From assembly GCA_965215605.1 (NCBI GenBank), contig OZ244070.1, positions 3,008,001 through 3,072,000 of the forward strand: 64,000 bases of DNA. The letters run 5' to 3'. The stretch comes from an uncultured Candidatus Binatia bacterium. GTDB taxonomy: Bacteria > Desulfobacterota > Binatia > UBA9968 > JAJDTQ01. The first letter of the stretch is position 1; each line of letters opens with the position of its first letter. The notes beneath the pieces are model-generated. The model worked only from the letters and a program-made list of their open reading frames with translations, did no database searches and had not been told where the DNA came from. A program made the translations under genes and the position numbers. This document shows positions 50,614-60,688 of this stretch, piece after piece.

Positions 50614-50632
50614 GGGCGGTTTCGACGCCCCT
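50610..50632 (+). repeat. GTAG-type REP-like hairpin
   Basis: GTAGGGGCGgtttcgaCGCCCCT. Confidence 0.5.
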
Positions 50633-50752
50633 CGTGTTCGCCCGGCCCGCGCCGCGCATCCGCTGGCCAGCCACCGTGGATCGTGTTAGCTATTCTGGGC
50701 AGCGGTGCGTTGCCGCCGCCGATTTTCGTGAAACTTCAAGGAGGTTTGTTGT

Positions 50753-51613
50753 ATGGACCCGATTACGGACCCGATTGCCATTGACGTGCACGTGCACCTT
50801 TGCGACGAGCTGACCCTGAGCTCCAAGGGCGATCGCCCGAAGCAGATGGCGCAGTACTTCAAGCGGGAGCGCAAGCCCGTTTCCATCGACGAGATGGCGG
50901 ACGAGTACCGCGCGCGCAACATGATGGCGGTGATTCAGAACACCACCGACGAGACCATCACGGGGTTGACCCCGGTTCCCAACCAGCACGTGGCCGACGG
51001 CGTGAAGCGGAACTCCGACGTGTTCCTGGGCTTCGGCGTCATCGATCCGTGGCAGCAGAAGGTGGCGTTGCAGGAGATCCAGCGCATCAAGGACATGGGG
51101 CTGCACGGCATCGGCGAGATCAACCCCGCGCGGCAGCAGTTCTTCCCCAACGACACCCGCTTCTATCCCCTGTGGGAGGAATGCCAGAAGCTCGAGCTGC
51201 CGATCCTGTTCCACAGCGGCATGGCCGGCGCCGGCGCCGGCACCCCCGGGGGCATGGGCAACAAGCTCAAGTTCACCCAGCCGATCCATCTCGATGACGT
51301 GGCCGCGGACTTTCCCGAGCTGAAGATCATCTGCGCCCACCCGTCGTGGCCCTGGACGGCCGAGAGCCTGGCCATCGCCCGGCACAAGAGCAACTTCTAC
51401 ATCGACCTCTCGGGCTGGTCGCCCAAGTACTTCGCCGCCGAGCTGGTGCAGCAGGTGAACTCGATCCTTCAGGACAAGGCCATGTTCGGCTCCGACTGGC
51501 CGGCCATCGGCGTGGAGCGCTGGCTGGACGACTTCGAGAAGATCAGCATCAAGCCCGAGGTCAAGCAGAAGCTCATGCTGGACAACGCCAAGAAGTTCTT
51601 CGGCATGGACTGA
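50753..51613 (+). CDS. Amidohydrolase_2 protein (4-hydroxyphenyl-beta-ketoacyl-CoA hydrolase, CouO-like)
   Basis: IDVHVH, HSG..G.GAG.PGG.G, LDDVAADFP, AHPS.PW, HK.N.YIDLSGWSPKYF and FGSD.P. Confidence 0.8.
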   Translation: MDPITDPIAIDVHVHLCDELTLSSKGDRPKQMAQYFKRERKPVSIDEMADEYRARNMMAVIQNTTDETITGLTPVPNQHVADGVKRNSDVFLGFGVIDPWQQKVALQEIQRIKDMGLHGIGEINPARQQFFPNDTRFYPLWEECQKLELPILFHSGMAGAGAGTPGGMGNKLKFTQPIHLDDVAADFPELKIICAHPSWPWTAESLAIARHKSNFYIDLSGWSPKYFAAELVQQVNSILQDKAMFGSDWPAIGVERWLDDFEKISIKPEVKQKLMLDNAKKFFGMD

Positions 51614-51628
51614 GCGACGTCGATAACC

Positions 51629-51656
51629 GCAGGGGCGGCCCGCCGGTCGCCCCTGC
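51629..51656 (+). repeat. REP-like hairpin related to the one at 50610
   Basis: GCAGGGGCGGCC-cgcc-GGTCGCCCCTGC. Confidence 0.55.
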
Positions 51657-51666
51657 ATCCTTTCCA

Positions 51667-52953
<1,287 letters not shown>

Positions 52954-52983
52954 CCGCCCGCCGCGAATCGACGGCCGATGGGC

Positions 52984-53670
52984 TCAGTTCAGGGTGCGCG
53001 AACCCGTGTCGGAAGGCGGTGCTGTCGTCTCTCCGCCGAACTCCAGCAGACTGACGAGAATCGTTTCCCGTTCCCCGATGGAGCCGGCCTCCAGGAGCGC
53101 CTGTTTCTCCGATGGATGGAACGGCATGGCCACTCCCAGGAAGTTGATGAGGTCGGTATCGGGTATCGGCTTGAGTTGATCCAGGTCGATGGTCAGGCCG
53201 CGGGTCTCGGCGTAGCGGTCGAGCGCGTGCGTGAGGCGTGGACGGTCGATGGCCGGAGGGCCGGTCTCCTCCAGGTCGCCGAAAGAGGCATAGTCGGGCC
53301 GCACGCGCCGGTAGCCTCGTTCCACGGACAGCTCTTCCTTGACGCGGAAGCGGCTGATGCCCCGAAGCTGCACCATGTAACGGCCGTCGGGGGCCTTCTC
53401 CCATCGTTCGATGTGGCCGGCACAGCCCACGGGATAGAGATCGGGTCGGTTACGATCGGCCCCGGGCCGGGGGAAGTTGTCGTGCTGGGGAACGAACGGC
53501 TGGATCATGCCGAAAACGCTCTCCGCCTCGAGCGCATCGTGGACCATGTTCCGGTAGCGGGGCTCGAATATGTGCAGCGGCAGCCGCGTGCCGGGCAATA
53601 GCAGCACTCCGGTGAGCGGGAACACGGACAGGACCTCGGGCAACGAGACAGGTTCGGTTTTGTCTTCCAT
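52984..53670 (-). CDS. Lon protease N-terminal substrate-binding domain protein
   Basis: VFPL...LLPG..LPLHIFEPRYR.M, DGRY and EKQALLE. Confidence 0.9.
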   Translation of the reverse strand: MEDKTEPVSLPEVLSVFPLTGVLLLPGTRLPLHIFEPRYRNMVHDALEAESVFGMIQPFVPQHDNFPRPGADRNRPDLYPVGCAGHIERWEKAPDGRYMVQLRGISRFRVKEELSVERGYRRVRPDYASFGDLEETGPPAIDRPRLTHALDRYAETRGLTIDLDQLKPIPDTDLINFLGVAMPFHPSEKQALLEAGSIGERETILVSLLEFGGETTAPPSDTGSRTLN

Positions 53671-53691
53671 GCGGCCTCCCCTCCTCGCTTG

Positions 53692-53719
53692 ATTATAGAG
53701 CCCCCCCGGCGGCCGTCAA
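53692..53719 (-). promoter_or_regulatory. Sigma70-like promoter of the Lon-N gene
   Basis: Minus strand TTGACG-16 nt-TATAAT. Confidence 0.6.
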
Positions 53720-53746
53720 CCGGGGCCGTGTGCCGCGGACCGGGGA

Positions 53747-54415
53747 TCACCCGAAGGCATCGTAGATGCCGTCGAACTTCGCCAGCTTGAAGCGGACCAT
53801 GTTGCGCGCCGCGTGGGCGACCACCCGGCGGTCGCGCTCGGTGGTGCAGTAGCGCTCGACGACCCGGGCCGCCAGCGCCGTGTGCTCCTGGTCCGCAACC
53901 GCGTGCACCGTGAAGAACTCCCGTTCATGATCGGCGATGCCGTATTTCTCGGCCAGGCAGGTGTCGAACTCGACGGCGTAGCGGCCCACCATGCTCTCGT
54001 TCACCAGTGCGCTGGTGCGGCTCTCGGCCGGCGAGCCCAGGAACATGCCCCTGAGGATGGCGGCCGCGTGGGCCTGGCATTCGAAGATAGGCAGGGCCTC
54101 GTCGAAGTTCTCTTCCGTCAGGCCGATGGCGAGGCCGAAGCGCTTCATGAGGTCGGGGTGCGTCTGCTCCTCGGTGAAGGCGTGGAGGAAGAGGTCGTAG
54201 AGTTCCTGGTTGTGCGCGTTCTTGGCCATGCACAGGGTGAACCCCTTGTTGATGGCGACGTTCAGCAGGTAGTGTTGCAGCGCGAAGCCCTGGAGGCGGC
54301 GGTTGGTCAGGGTGCCGCTACGAAGGTCGGAGAAGTACCGGCTCTCCATCAGCCGATGGATTCCGGGACGGATGATCTCCTCCACGACCGAGGTGACGAA
54401 GGCTTGGGTTGTCAT
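53747..54415 (-). CDS. Heme-oxygenase-like fold protein (TenA/PqqC/CADD-like)
   Basis: EEQTH, NE and FFTVHAVADQEH putative dimetal ligands. Confidence 0.75.
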   Translation of the reverse strand: MTTQAFVTSVVEEIIRPGIHRLMESRYFSDLRSGTLTNRRLQGFALQHYLLNVAINKGFTLCMAKNAHNQELYDLFLHAFTEEQTHPDLMKRFGLAIGLTEENFDEALPIFECQAHAAAILRGMFLGSPAESRTSALVNESMVGRYAVEFDTCLAEKYGIADHEREFFTVHAVADQEHTALAARVVERYCTTERDRRVVAHAARNMVRFKLAKFDGIYDAFG

Positions 54416-54558
54416 GACGCCCGCGACCGTAGAAGAATCGCCGCCGTGCTGTCAAGCGTCGCCGTGCCCGCGGTTGAAGCGCAAGGCGAAACAGGGAATA
54501 GTAGCAGGCGTACCGTGCCGGGGCCGTCTCCAGGGCCTCGTCTGAAAGGAGCGCCATC

Positions 54559-55728
54559 ATGTGGAAGGGATTCAAGGTCATCGACGCGGACGCGCACATG
54601 CACGAGCCGCAGTACCTCTGGGAGCGCTACGTCGAGCCCGCTTACCAGGACCAGGTGCCCAAGGTGGCGTTCATGGACGGCGCCTTCATGGTCTACGAGC
54701 CGGACGGCCGGATCATTCCCAAGACCGAGAAGCAGCCCAAGCTCCCGGCCACGGCGTGGGCGGACATGGAGGCGAAGTACGGCGAGCAATACCGCACGTG
54801 GTGGTCCGCGGAGACCCGGCTCAAGGACATGGACACCCACGGCTGGGACGTCCAGGTGCTGCTGCCCACTGGCAACAACGGCAACTTCGCCTACCGGGTG
54901 GCGCTCAAGGACGCCAAGCTGGGGGCTGCCATGTGCCGGGCCTACAACAACTGGTGCCGGGACTACTGCGACGCCGACCCCAAGCGCCTGAAGTTCGTGG
55001 CGGTGCTTCCCGGATCGGATACCGAGGCCATGGTGGTGGAGGCCCGGCGGGCGGTGGAGGAGCTGGGGGCGGTGTCGGTCCGGAACCCGTTCCTGCCCGA
55101 GGGCCGGTGGCTGCACGAGCCCGAGTACGACGCGGTGTGGGAACTGGCCTGCGAGCTGGATTTCCCCATCTCCGTGCATGGCGAATACCGCCAGCGCCGG
55201 TTCCACCCGTTTGCGGGCGGCAACCGCGGCAACGTCGACGATCGCAACATGCAGCAGCTCGCCCTGCGCGGCCTCGACCACGCGCTGGGGTTCCCGTGCG
55301 ACAACATGGCCACCATGGGCGAGTTCATCTTCACCGGTATCCTGGAGCGTTTCCCCAAACTGCGGTTGGGGATCCTCGAGTCCAACGTGGGCTGGGTGCC
55401 GTTCTGGCTCGGCCGCATGGACGAGCACACCCACGGGCGCAACAGCGTCATGGGCAACGCGGTGGAGCGTCTGCCGATGCTGCCCAGCGAATATTTCATG
55501 CGCCAGATCACGGTGACCTGCGACAGCGACGAGCGCGCGCTGTCCTACGCCGTGGACCATCTGGGCGGCGACAACATCGCCTGGAACACCGACTATCCGC
55601 ATCCAGACGCGCCACGGCCCGAGAAGGCGCTGCCGGACCTGGACGCGCAGCCGATACCGGACGAGGCCAAGGCCAAGATCCTGTGGGACAATGCGGTGAC
55701 GCTGTTCGGCCCCCGCATCCTCGACTAA
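54559..55728 (+). CDS. Amidohydrolase_2-family metal-dependent hydrolase
   Basis: IDADAH..EP, RAYNNW, GILERFP.L...ILES..GW, TDYPH.D and KILWDNA. Confidence 0.88.
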   Translation: MWKGFKVIDADAHMHEPQYLWERYVEPAYQDQVPKVAFMDGAFMVYEPDGRIIPKTEKQPKLPATAWADMEAKYGEQYRTWWSAETRLKDMDTHGWDVQVLLPTGNNGNFAYRVALKDAKLGAAMCRAYNNWCRDYCDADPKRLKFVAVLPGSDTEAMVVEARRAVEELGAVSVRNPFLPEGRWLHEPEYDAVWELACELDFPISVHGEYRQRRFHPFAGGNRGNVDDRNMQQLALRGLDHALGFPCDNMATMGEFIFTGILERFPKLRLGILESNVGWVPFWLGRMDEHTHGRNSVMGNAVERLPMLPSEYFMRQITVTCDSDERALSYAVDHLGGDNIAWNTDYPHPDAPRPEKALPDLDAQPIPDEAKAKILWDNAVTLFGPRILD

Positions 55729-55739
55729 TGCCCTGTCCC

Positions 55740-57203
55740 ATGGAAGAGATTCGATTCGTAGACACCACGTTGCGTGACGGCCACCAGAGCCTCTGGGCCG
55801 AGCGCATGACCACCGGCATGATGCTGCCCGTGGCCCGGACCATGGACGAGGCCGGGTTCGACGCCATCGAGCTGATGTCGGCCTCACACCTCAAGAAGTG
55901 CGTGCGCGAGCTCAAGGAGGACCCCTGGGACCGGGTGCGGATGGTGGCCGAGCGGGTCACCCGTACGCCGTTGCGGCTGATGGCGGGCCGGGTCAACGCG
56001 TTCGAGATCACCCCGGTGTCGGTGTACGAGCTGTTCATCGAGCGGATGGCGGCCAACGGCATCCGGCAGGCGCGCATCTCCGAGGAATGGAACGAGCTCG
56101 AAGGGTGGACGCGCAAGGTCCGAATCGCCCGCAAGAACGGACTCCAGCCCATCGTGAACCTCATCTACTCGGTGTCGCCGAAGCACACCGACGAGTACTA
56201 CGCGCGGAAGACCCGCGAAGCCGCTTCCCTGGGCGTGCCGTTCCTCTGCCTCAAGGATCCCGGAGGCCTGCTGACGCCCGAGCGCACCCGCACCCTGGTG
56301 CCCATGATCTTCGAGAACGCTGGCGGCATCCCGGTGGAGTTGCATACCCACTGCACCACCGGGCTGGGGCCTTTGTGCTGCCTGGAAGCGGTCAAGCTCG
56401 GCATCCGCACGGTGAACACGGCGGTGCCGCCGCTGGCCAACGCTTCCTCCAACCCTTCCGTCTTCAGCGTCGCCGCCAACCTGCGCGCCCTGGGCTACGC
56501 GTGCGCCGTGGACACCGGCGCCCTTGAGGAAGTGTCGGAGTTTTTCACAGCCGTGGCCCGGCAGGAAGGCTTCCCCCTGGGCGCGCCGGTGGAATACGAC
56601 TACGCCCAGTACCAGCACCAGGTGCCCGGCGGCATGATCTCGAACCTGCGCCACCAGCTCGCGAAGGTGGGCCTGGAGCACAAGGCGGAGGAGGCGTTGG
56701 AAGAGGTGGTGCGGGTGCGGGCGGATCTCGGCTACCCCATCATGGTGACGCCGCTCTCGCAGTTCGTCGGGAGCCAGGCCGCCATCAACGTCATCGTCGG
56801 CTCCCGCTACCAGGAGGTCACCGACCAGATCATCCAGTACGCGCTGGGGCTGTGGGGCCGGGAAGGCGCGGAGACCATGGACCCCGACGTCAAGCACAAG
56901 ATCCTGGACCGGCCTCGCGGCCAGGAGATGGCCCGCTGGGAACCCCCCGACCTGACCATCGACGAGGTGCGGCGCAAGCTCGGCGGCCCGGGCGTCACCG
57001 ACGAGGAGTTGCTGCTGCGTTGGATGCTGAGTGAGGAGGAGATCGCCGCCATGCGCGCCGCCGGCCCGCCACGGGAGTACCTGAGCGCCCGTTCCTCCAC
57101 GGTGGCGCTGATGGAGCAGCTCACCGGCCGCGGCCGGTACGCCGGCATTCGCGTCAGCCGGCCGGGATTTTCGTTGTCGTTGCAGCGGGGCGACGCAGGG
57201 TGA
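55740..57203 (+). CDS. Pyruvate carboxylase B / oxaloacetate decarboxylase alpha-like carboxyltransferase (no biotinyl domain)
   Basis: DTTLRDGHQSLW, EDPW.R, LKDPGG, HTH, HQVPGGM.SNL and MVTPLSQFVG. Confidence 0.85.
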   Translation: MEEIRFVDTTLRDGHQSLWAERMTTGMMLPVARTMDEAGFDAIELMSASHLKKCVRELKEDPWDRVRMVAERVTRTPLRLMAGRVNAFEITPVSVYELFIERMAANGIRQARISEEWNELEGWTRKVRIARKNGLQPIVNLIYSVSPKHTDEYYARKTREAASLGVPFLCLKDPGGLLTPERTRTLVPMIFENAGGIPVELHTHCTTGLGPLCCLEAVKLGIRTVNTAVPPLANASSNPSVFSVAANLRALGYACAVDTGALEEVSEFFTAVARQEGFPLGAPVEYDYAQYQHQVPGGMISNLRHQLAKVGLEHKAEEALEEVVRVRADLGYPIMVTPLSQFVGSQAAINVIVGSRYQEVTDQIIQYALGLWGREGAETMDPDVKHKILDRPRGQEMARWEPPDLTIDEVRRKLGGPGVTDEELLLRWMLSEEEIAAMRAAGPPREYLSARSSTVALMEQLTGRGRYAGIRVSRPGFSLSLQRGDAG

Positions 57204-57236
57204 CCCCGAATGACCATGGCTGTGCGCACTCTCTTC

Positions 57237-57298
57237 CGTCACTCCCCTCCAATCGTTATTCCCGCCCCATCGTCATTCCCGCGGAAACGGGAATCCAG
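57237..57298 (+). repeat. REP-like CGTCATTCCCGCGGAAACGGGAATCCAG preceded by two degenerate 17-nt half copies
   Basis: cgtcactcccctccaat / cgttattcccgccccat / cgtcATTCCCGcggaaaCGGGAATccag. Confidence 0.7.
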
Positions 57299-57349
57299 GG
57301 GTAGGGAGGGGCAACGGGCGGATGTCCCACTTTCCGGAAAGGAGTATTC

Positions 57350-57835
57350 ATGCCTGACCTGATCACCCTCGGCCGTTCCGTGGGCGAGCTGCTCAAGGAG
57401 AGGAACGAAACCGTGGCGGTGGCCGAATCGTCCACCGGCGGATTGATCTCCGCCGCGCTGCTTTCGATGCCCGGCGCGTCGGCCTATTTCGTGGGCGGCG
57501 GGGTGATCTACACCCGTCACGCCCGCGCGGGCCTGCTGATGATGCCCGAGAGCGAGGTAACGGTGCGCGGCAGCACCGAGCCCTACGCCCTGAATATGGC
57601 GCGGCTGATGCAGGGACGTCTGAACACCACCTGGGGCCTTTCGGAGAGCGGCGCCACCGGCCCCTCCGGGAACCGCTACGGCGACGCCGCCGGACACAGC
57701 TGCATGGCCATCGTCGGGCCGGTGGACAAGGCCATCACCGTCGAGACCGGCGATGCGGACCGGGAAGCCAACATGTGGGCCTTCACCAAGGCCGCGCTGG
57801 CGTTGCTCGAAGACGCGCTCCGGCAAAACCCATGA
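57350..57835 (+). CDS. CinA C-terminal / PncC-like nicotinamide-nucleotide amidohydrolase
   Basis: VAVAESSTGGLI, PGASAYF.GG and SG.TGP. Confidence 0.85.
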   Translation: MPDLITLGRSVGELLKERNETVAVAESSTGGLISAALLSMPGASAYFVGGGVIYTRHARAGLLMMPESEVTVRGSTEPYALNMARLMQGRLNTTWGLSESGATGPSGNRYGDAAGHSCMAIVGPVDKAITVETGDADREANMWAFTKAALALLEDALRQNP

Positions 57836-59157
57836 CCTCCAGGGAGGATCTCAAGGCCGAGGCCTGCCGGGTCATCGATGCCCGCAGGGAAGAGATCATC
57901 GAGCTCGGCGAGACGATCCTGCGCAATCCGGAGACGGGCTTCAACGAGACCAACACCGCGGACCTCGTGGCGGCGCGGCTGCAGGGTTTGGGGCTTGAGC
58001 CGCAACGGGGTCTGGCCATCACCGGCGTCAAGAGCCGGAGGGAATGCGGCGCCCCGGGTCCCACCCTGGCCCTCCTGGGAGAGCTGGACTCGTTACGGGT
58101 GCCGGACCATCCCCATGCCGATCCCCGAACCGGCGCGGCTCATGCCTGCGGCCACAACGCCCAGGTGGCCGGCATGGTGGGCGCGGCCACGGGGCTTCTG
58201 TCCGCCGGAGTGCTGCCGGAGCTCGGCGGCTCGCTGGTCTTCTTCGCGGTCCCCGCCGAAGAGATGATCGACGTGGACGAGCGCATGGCGCGCAAGGCGC
58301 GCAACGAGCTCGAGTTCCTCTCAGGCAAGGCGGAACTCATCCGGCTCGGGCACTTCGACGACGTGGACCTGGCGATGATGTTCCACACCAAGACCGACAC
58401 CCTCGCCTCCCACGTGGCCCGGTCGTCCAACGGCGCCATCATCAAGAAGATCCGCTTCATCGGCAAGGCTGCCCACGCGGGCGGTAGCCCGCAGAAGGGC
58501 GTCAACGCCCTCAACGCGGCCTCCCTGGCCATGACCGCCATCGCCTACCAACGCGAGACCTTCTACGACGAGGATACCATCCGCATCCACCCCATCATCA
58601 CCCGGGGCGGCGACGCCGTGAGCGTGGTGCCGGCCGAGGTGACCCTCGAGACGTTCATTCGAGGCAAGACCCTGGAGGGGATCCTCGACGCCAACCGCAA
58701 GGTGGACGACGCGCTACGGGGCGCGGCCATGGCGGTGGGGGCGTCGGTGGAGATCACGACGGTGCCGGGCTACCTGCCGCAGACCAACAACGAGGCCATG
58801 GCGCGACTCTGGGGCGGCAACGCCGAGGCGCTGTTCGGCCCGGGCCAGTTCCGGCTCGGCACCGAGCACCGCACCAGCAGCACCGACTTCGGCGATCTGG
58901 CCCACATCATGCCGGCGATCCAACCCTACGTCGCGGGCGCCGCTGGCGGCGGCCACACCAACGCCTATCTTCTGGTGGACCAGGATTCGGTCTACGTGAA
59001 GTCGGCCAAGCTCCTGGCCATGACGGCCATCGACCTGCTCCACGACGGCGCCGCGGCGGCGCGCAGGATCCTGGCGGAAGACAAGCCCCGCATGACCCGG
59101 GGCGAGTACCTGGAGTTTCAGCGCAAGCTCGACGCCCGGGAACGGTTCGAACCCTGA
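57832..59157 (+). CDS. M20D-family amidohydrolase
   Basis: PETGF.E, ELD.L, HACGHNAQ, PAEE, GKAAHAG, NALNAA and STDFG. Confidence 0.9.
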   Translation: MTSREDLKAEACRVIDARREEIIELGETILRNPETGFNETNTADLVAARLQGLGLEPQRGLAITGVKSRRECGAPGPTLALLGELDSLRVPDHPHADPRTGAAHACGHNAQVAGMVGAATGLLSAGVLPELGGSLVFFAVPAEEMIDVDERMARKARNELEFLSGKAELIRLGHFDDVDLAMMFHTKTDTLASHVARSSNGAIIKKIRFIGKAAHAGGSPQKGVNALNAASLAMTAIAYQRETFYDEDTIRIHPIITRGGDAVSVVPAEVTLETFIRGKTLEGILDANRKVDDALRGAAMAVGASVEITTVPGYLPQTNNEAMARLWGGNAEALFGPGQFRLGTEHRTSSTDFGDLAHIMPAIQPYVAGAAGGGHTNAYLLVDQDSVYVKSAKLLAMTAIDLLHDGAAAARRILAEDKPRMTRGEYLEFQRKLDARERFEP

Positions 59158-59281
59158 AGCGCCGGCAGGCCGAGTCGACCGCTTGTCGATCGACGGAACA
59201 AGGCGCGTCAAACCCGTCGCATCGCCGGTGTTGGCGAGACCCTCCGGGGGGTCCCGCCTTTCTACGTCCAGTTCGCCGAGC

Positions 59282-60658
59282 CTACGCGTCCTCCGCCTTG
59301 TCGAAGTACTCCCGCGTCACCTTGAAGACCATGGGCGCCAGCAGCAGCAGGCCGATGAGGTTGGGCACCGCCATCAGGCCGTTGAGGGTGTCCGACAGGT
59401 TCCATACGAAGCTCACCTTCACGTTGGCGAAGGTCAGGGCCGCCAGCACCCAGAGCGCGCGATAGACCAGCAGGCTGTTCTCGCTGAACAGGTACTGCCA
59501 GCAGCGCTCGCCGTAGTACGACCACCCGAGGATGGTGGTGAAGGCGAAGACCGCCAGCGCCACCGTGACGATGTACTGCCCGCCGGCAATGGAGCTCTGG
59601 AAGCTCGCCGCGGTGAGCACCACCCCGGTGAGGCCGCCGCCGTCGGCGCCGGTCAGGGTCCACGCCCCCGAGGTCAGGATCACCAGCGCCGTCATGGTGC
59701 AGACCACGAGGGTATCGATGAAGGTCCCCAGCATGGCGATGACGCCCTGCCGCACCGGGCTGTTGGTCTGCGCCGCCGCGTGGGCGATGGCCGCGGAGCC
59801 GAGCCCGGACTCGTTGGAGAACACGCCGCGGGCCACGCCGAAGCGGACCGCCGCCGCCACCGCCGCCCCGGCAAAGCCGCCGGCCGCCGCGGCGGGCGTG
59901 AAGGCGTGGGTGAAGATCAGCGCGATGGCTGCCGGCACCGCGGTGATGTTGATGACGACGACCAGCAGGGCAGCGCCGATATAGAGCACGATCATGGCCG
60001 GTACCAGCTTGCCTGCCACCTCGCCGATGCGCTGGATGCCGCCGATGACCACGATCGCTACCAGCGCCGCGACGACGATCCCGGTGATCCAGGCGGGGAC
60101 GCCGAAGCTGTCCGCCAGCGCCGTGGCCATGGAGTTCACCTGCACCGCGTTGCCGATGCCGAAGGCCGCCACCGCGCCGAACACGGCGAACCCCAGCCCC
60201 AGCCACTTGCCCAGCTCGGGGGCGAACTGGCCCACGCCGTTGCGCAGGTAGTACATGGGGCCGCCGACGTGCAAGCCGTTGGCGTCCACCTCGCGGTAGG
60301 TGACCGCGCACACCGCTTCCGCGTACTTCGTCGCCATGCCGAAAAGGGCGATGAGCCACATGTAGAAGATCGCCCCCGGCCCGCCCAGGGCGATGGCGGT
60401 GGCGACGCCGGCGATGTTGCCTGTGCCCACCGTAGCCGAAAGGGCTGTCATCAGCGCGTTGAAGGGCTTGACCTCGCCCGCGCCGCCGCCCGCGTCGCTG
60501 GTGTCGAACAGCAGCCGAAAGCCATAGCCGACCTTCCGCCACGGCATGAAAACCATGCCGAGGGTAAGCAGCAAGCCGGTCACCCCCAGCATGCCCAGCA
60601 TGGGCGGACCCCAGGCGAAGGCGTTGACGGAATCGATGATTGCGTTCAAGCGGTCCAT
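59282..60658 (-). CDS. Alanine/glycine:cation symporter (AGCS/AlsT family)
   Basis: ATVGTGNIAGVA, GGPGA.F.MW, GGPMYY, RGVFSNESGLGS and DTLVVCTMT. Confidence 0.95.
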   Translation of the reverse strand: MDRLNAIIDSVNAFAWGPPMLGMLGVTGLLLTLGMVFMPWRKVGYGFRLLFDTSDAGGGAGEVKPFNALMTALSATVGTGNIAGVATAIALGGPGAIFYMWLIALFGMATKYAEAVCAVTYREVDANGLHVGGPMYYLRNGVGQFAPELGKWLGLGFAVFGAVAAFGIGNAVQVNSMATALADSFGVPAWITGIVVAALVAIVVIGGIQRIGEVAGKLVPAMIVLYIGAALLVVVINITAVPAAIALIFTHAFTPAAAAGGFAGAAVAAAVRFGVARGVFSNESGLGSAAIAHAAAQTNSPVRQGVIAMLGTFIDTLVVCTMTALVILTSGAWTLTGADGGGLTGVVLTAASFQSSIAGGQYIVTVALAVFAFTTILGWSYYGERCWQYLFSENSLLVYRALWVLAALTFANVKVSFVWNLSDTLNGLMAVPNLIGLLLLAPMVFKVTREYFDKAEDA

Positions 60659-60688
60659 GGCATCCTCCCAGGTGTGGTTAGGGGGGCC

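Noticed and set aside
54561-57203. 880-aa ORF that looks like a fusion
   Set aside because: The N-terminal 390 aa are an off-frame overlap of the amidohydrolase. The real gene starts at 55728 or 55740.
57237-57298. Mini CRISPR array
   Set aside because: The units are 17 nt, degenerate and have no spacers. No cas genes are present.
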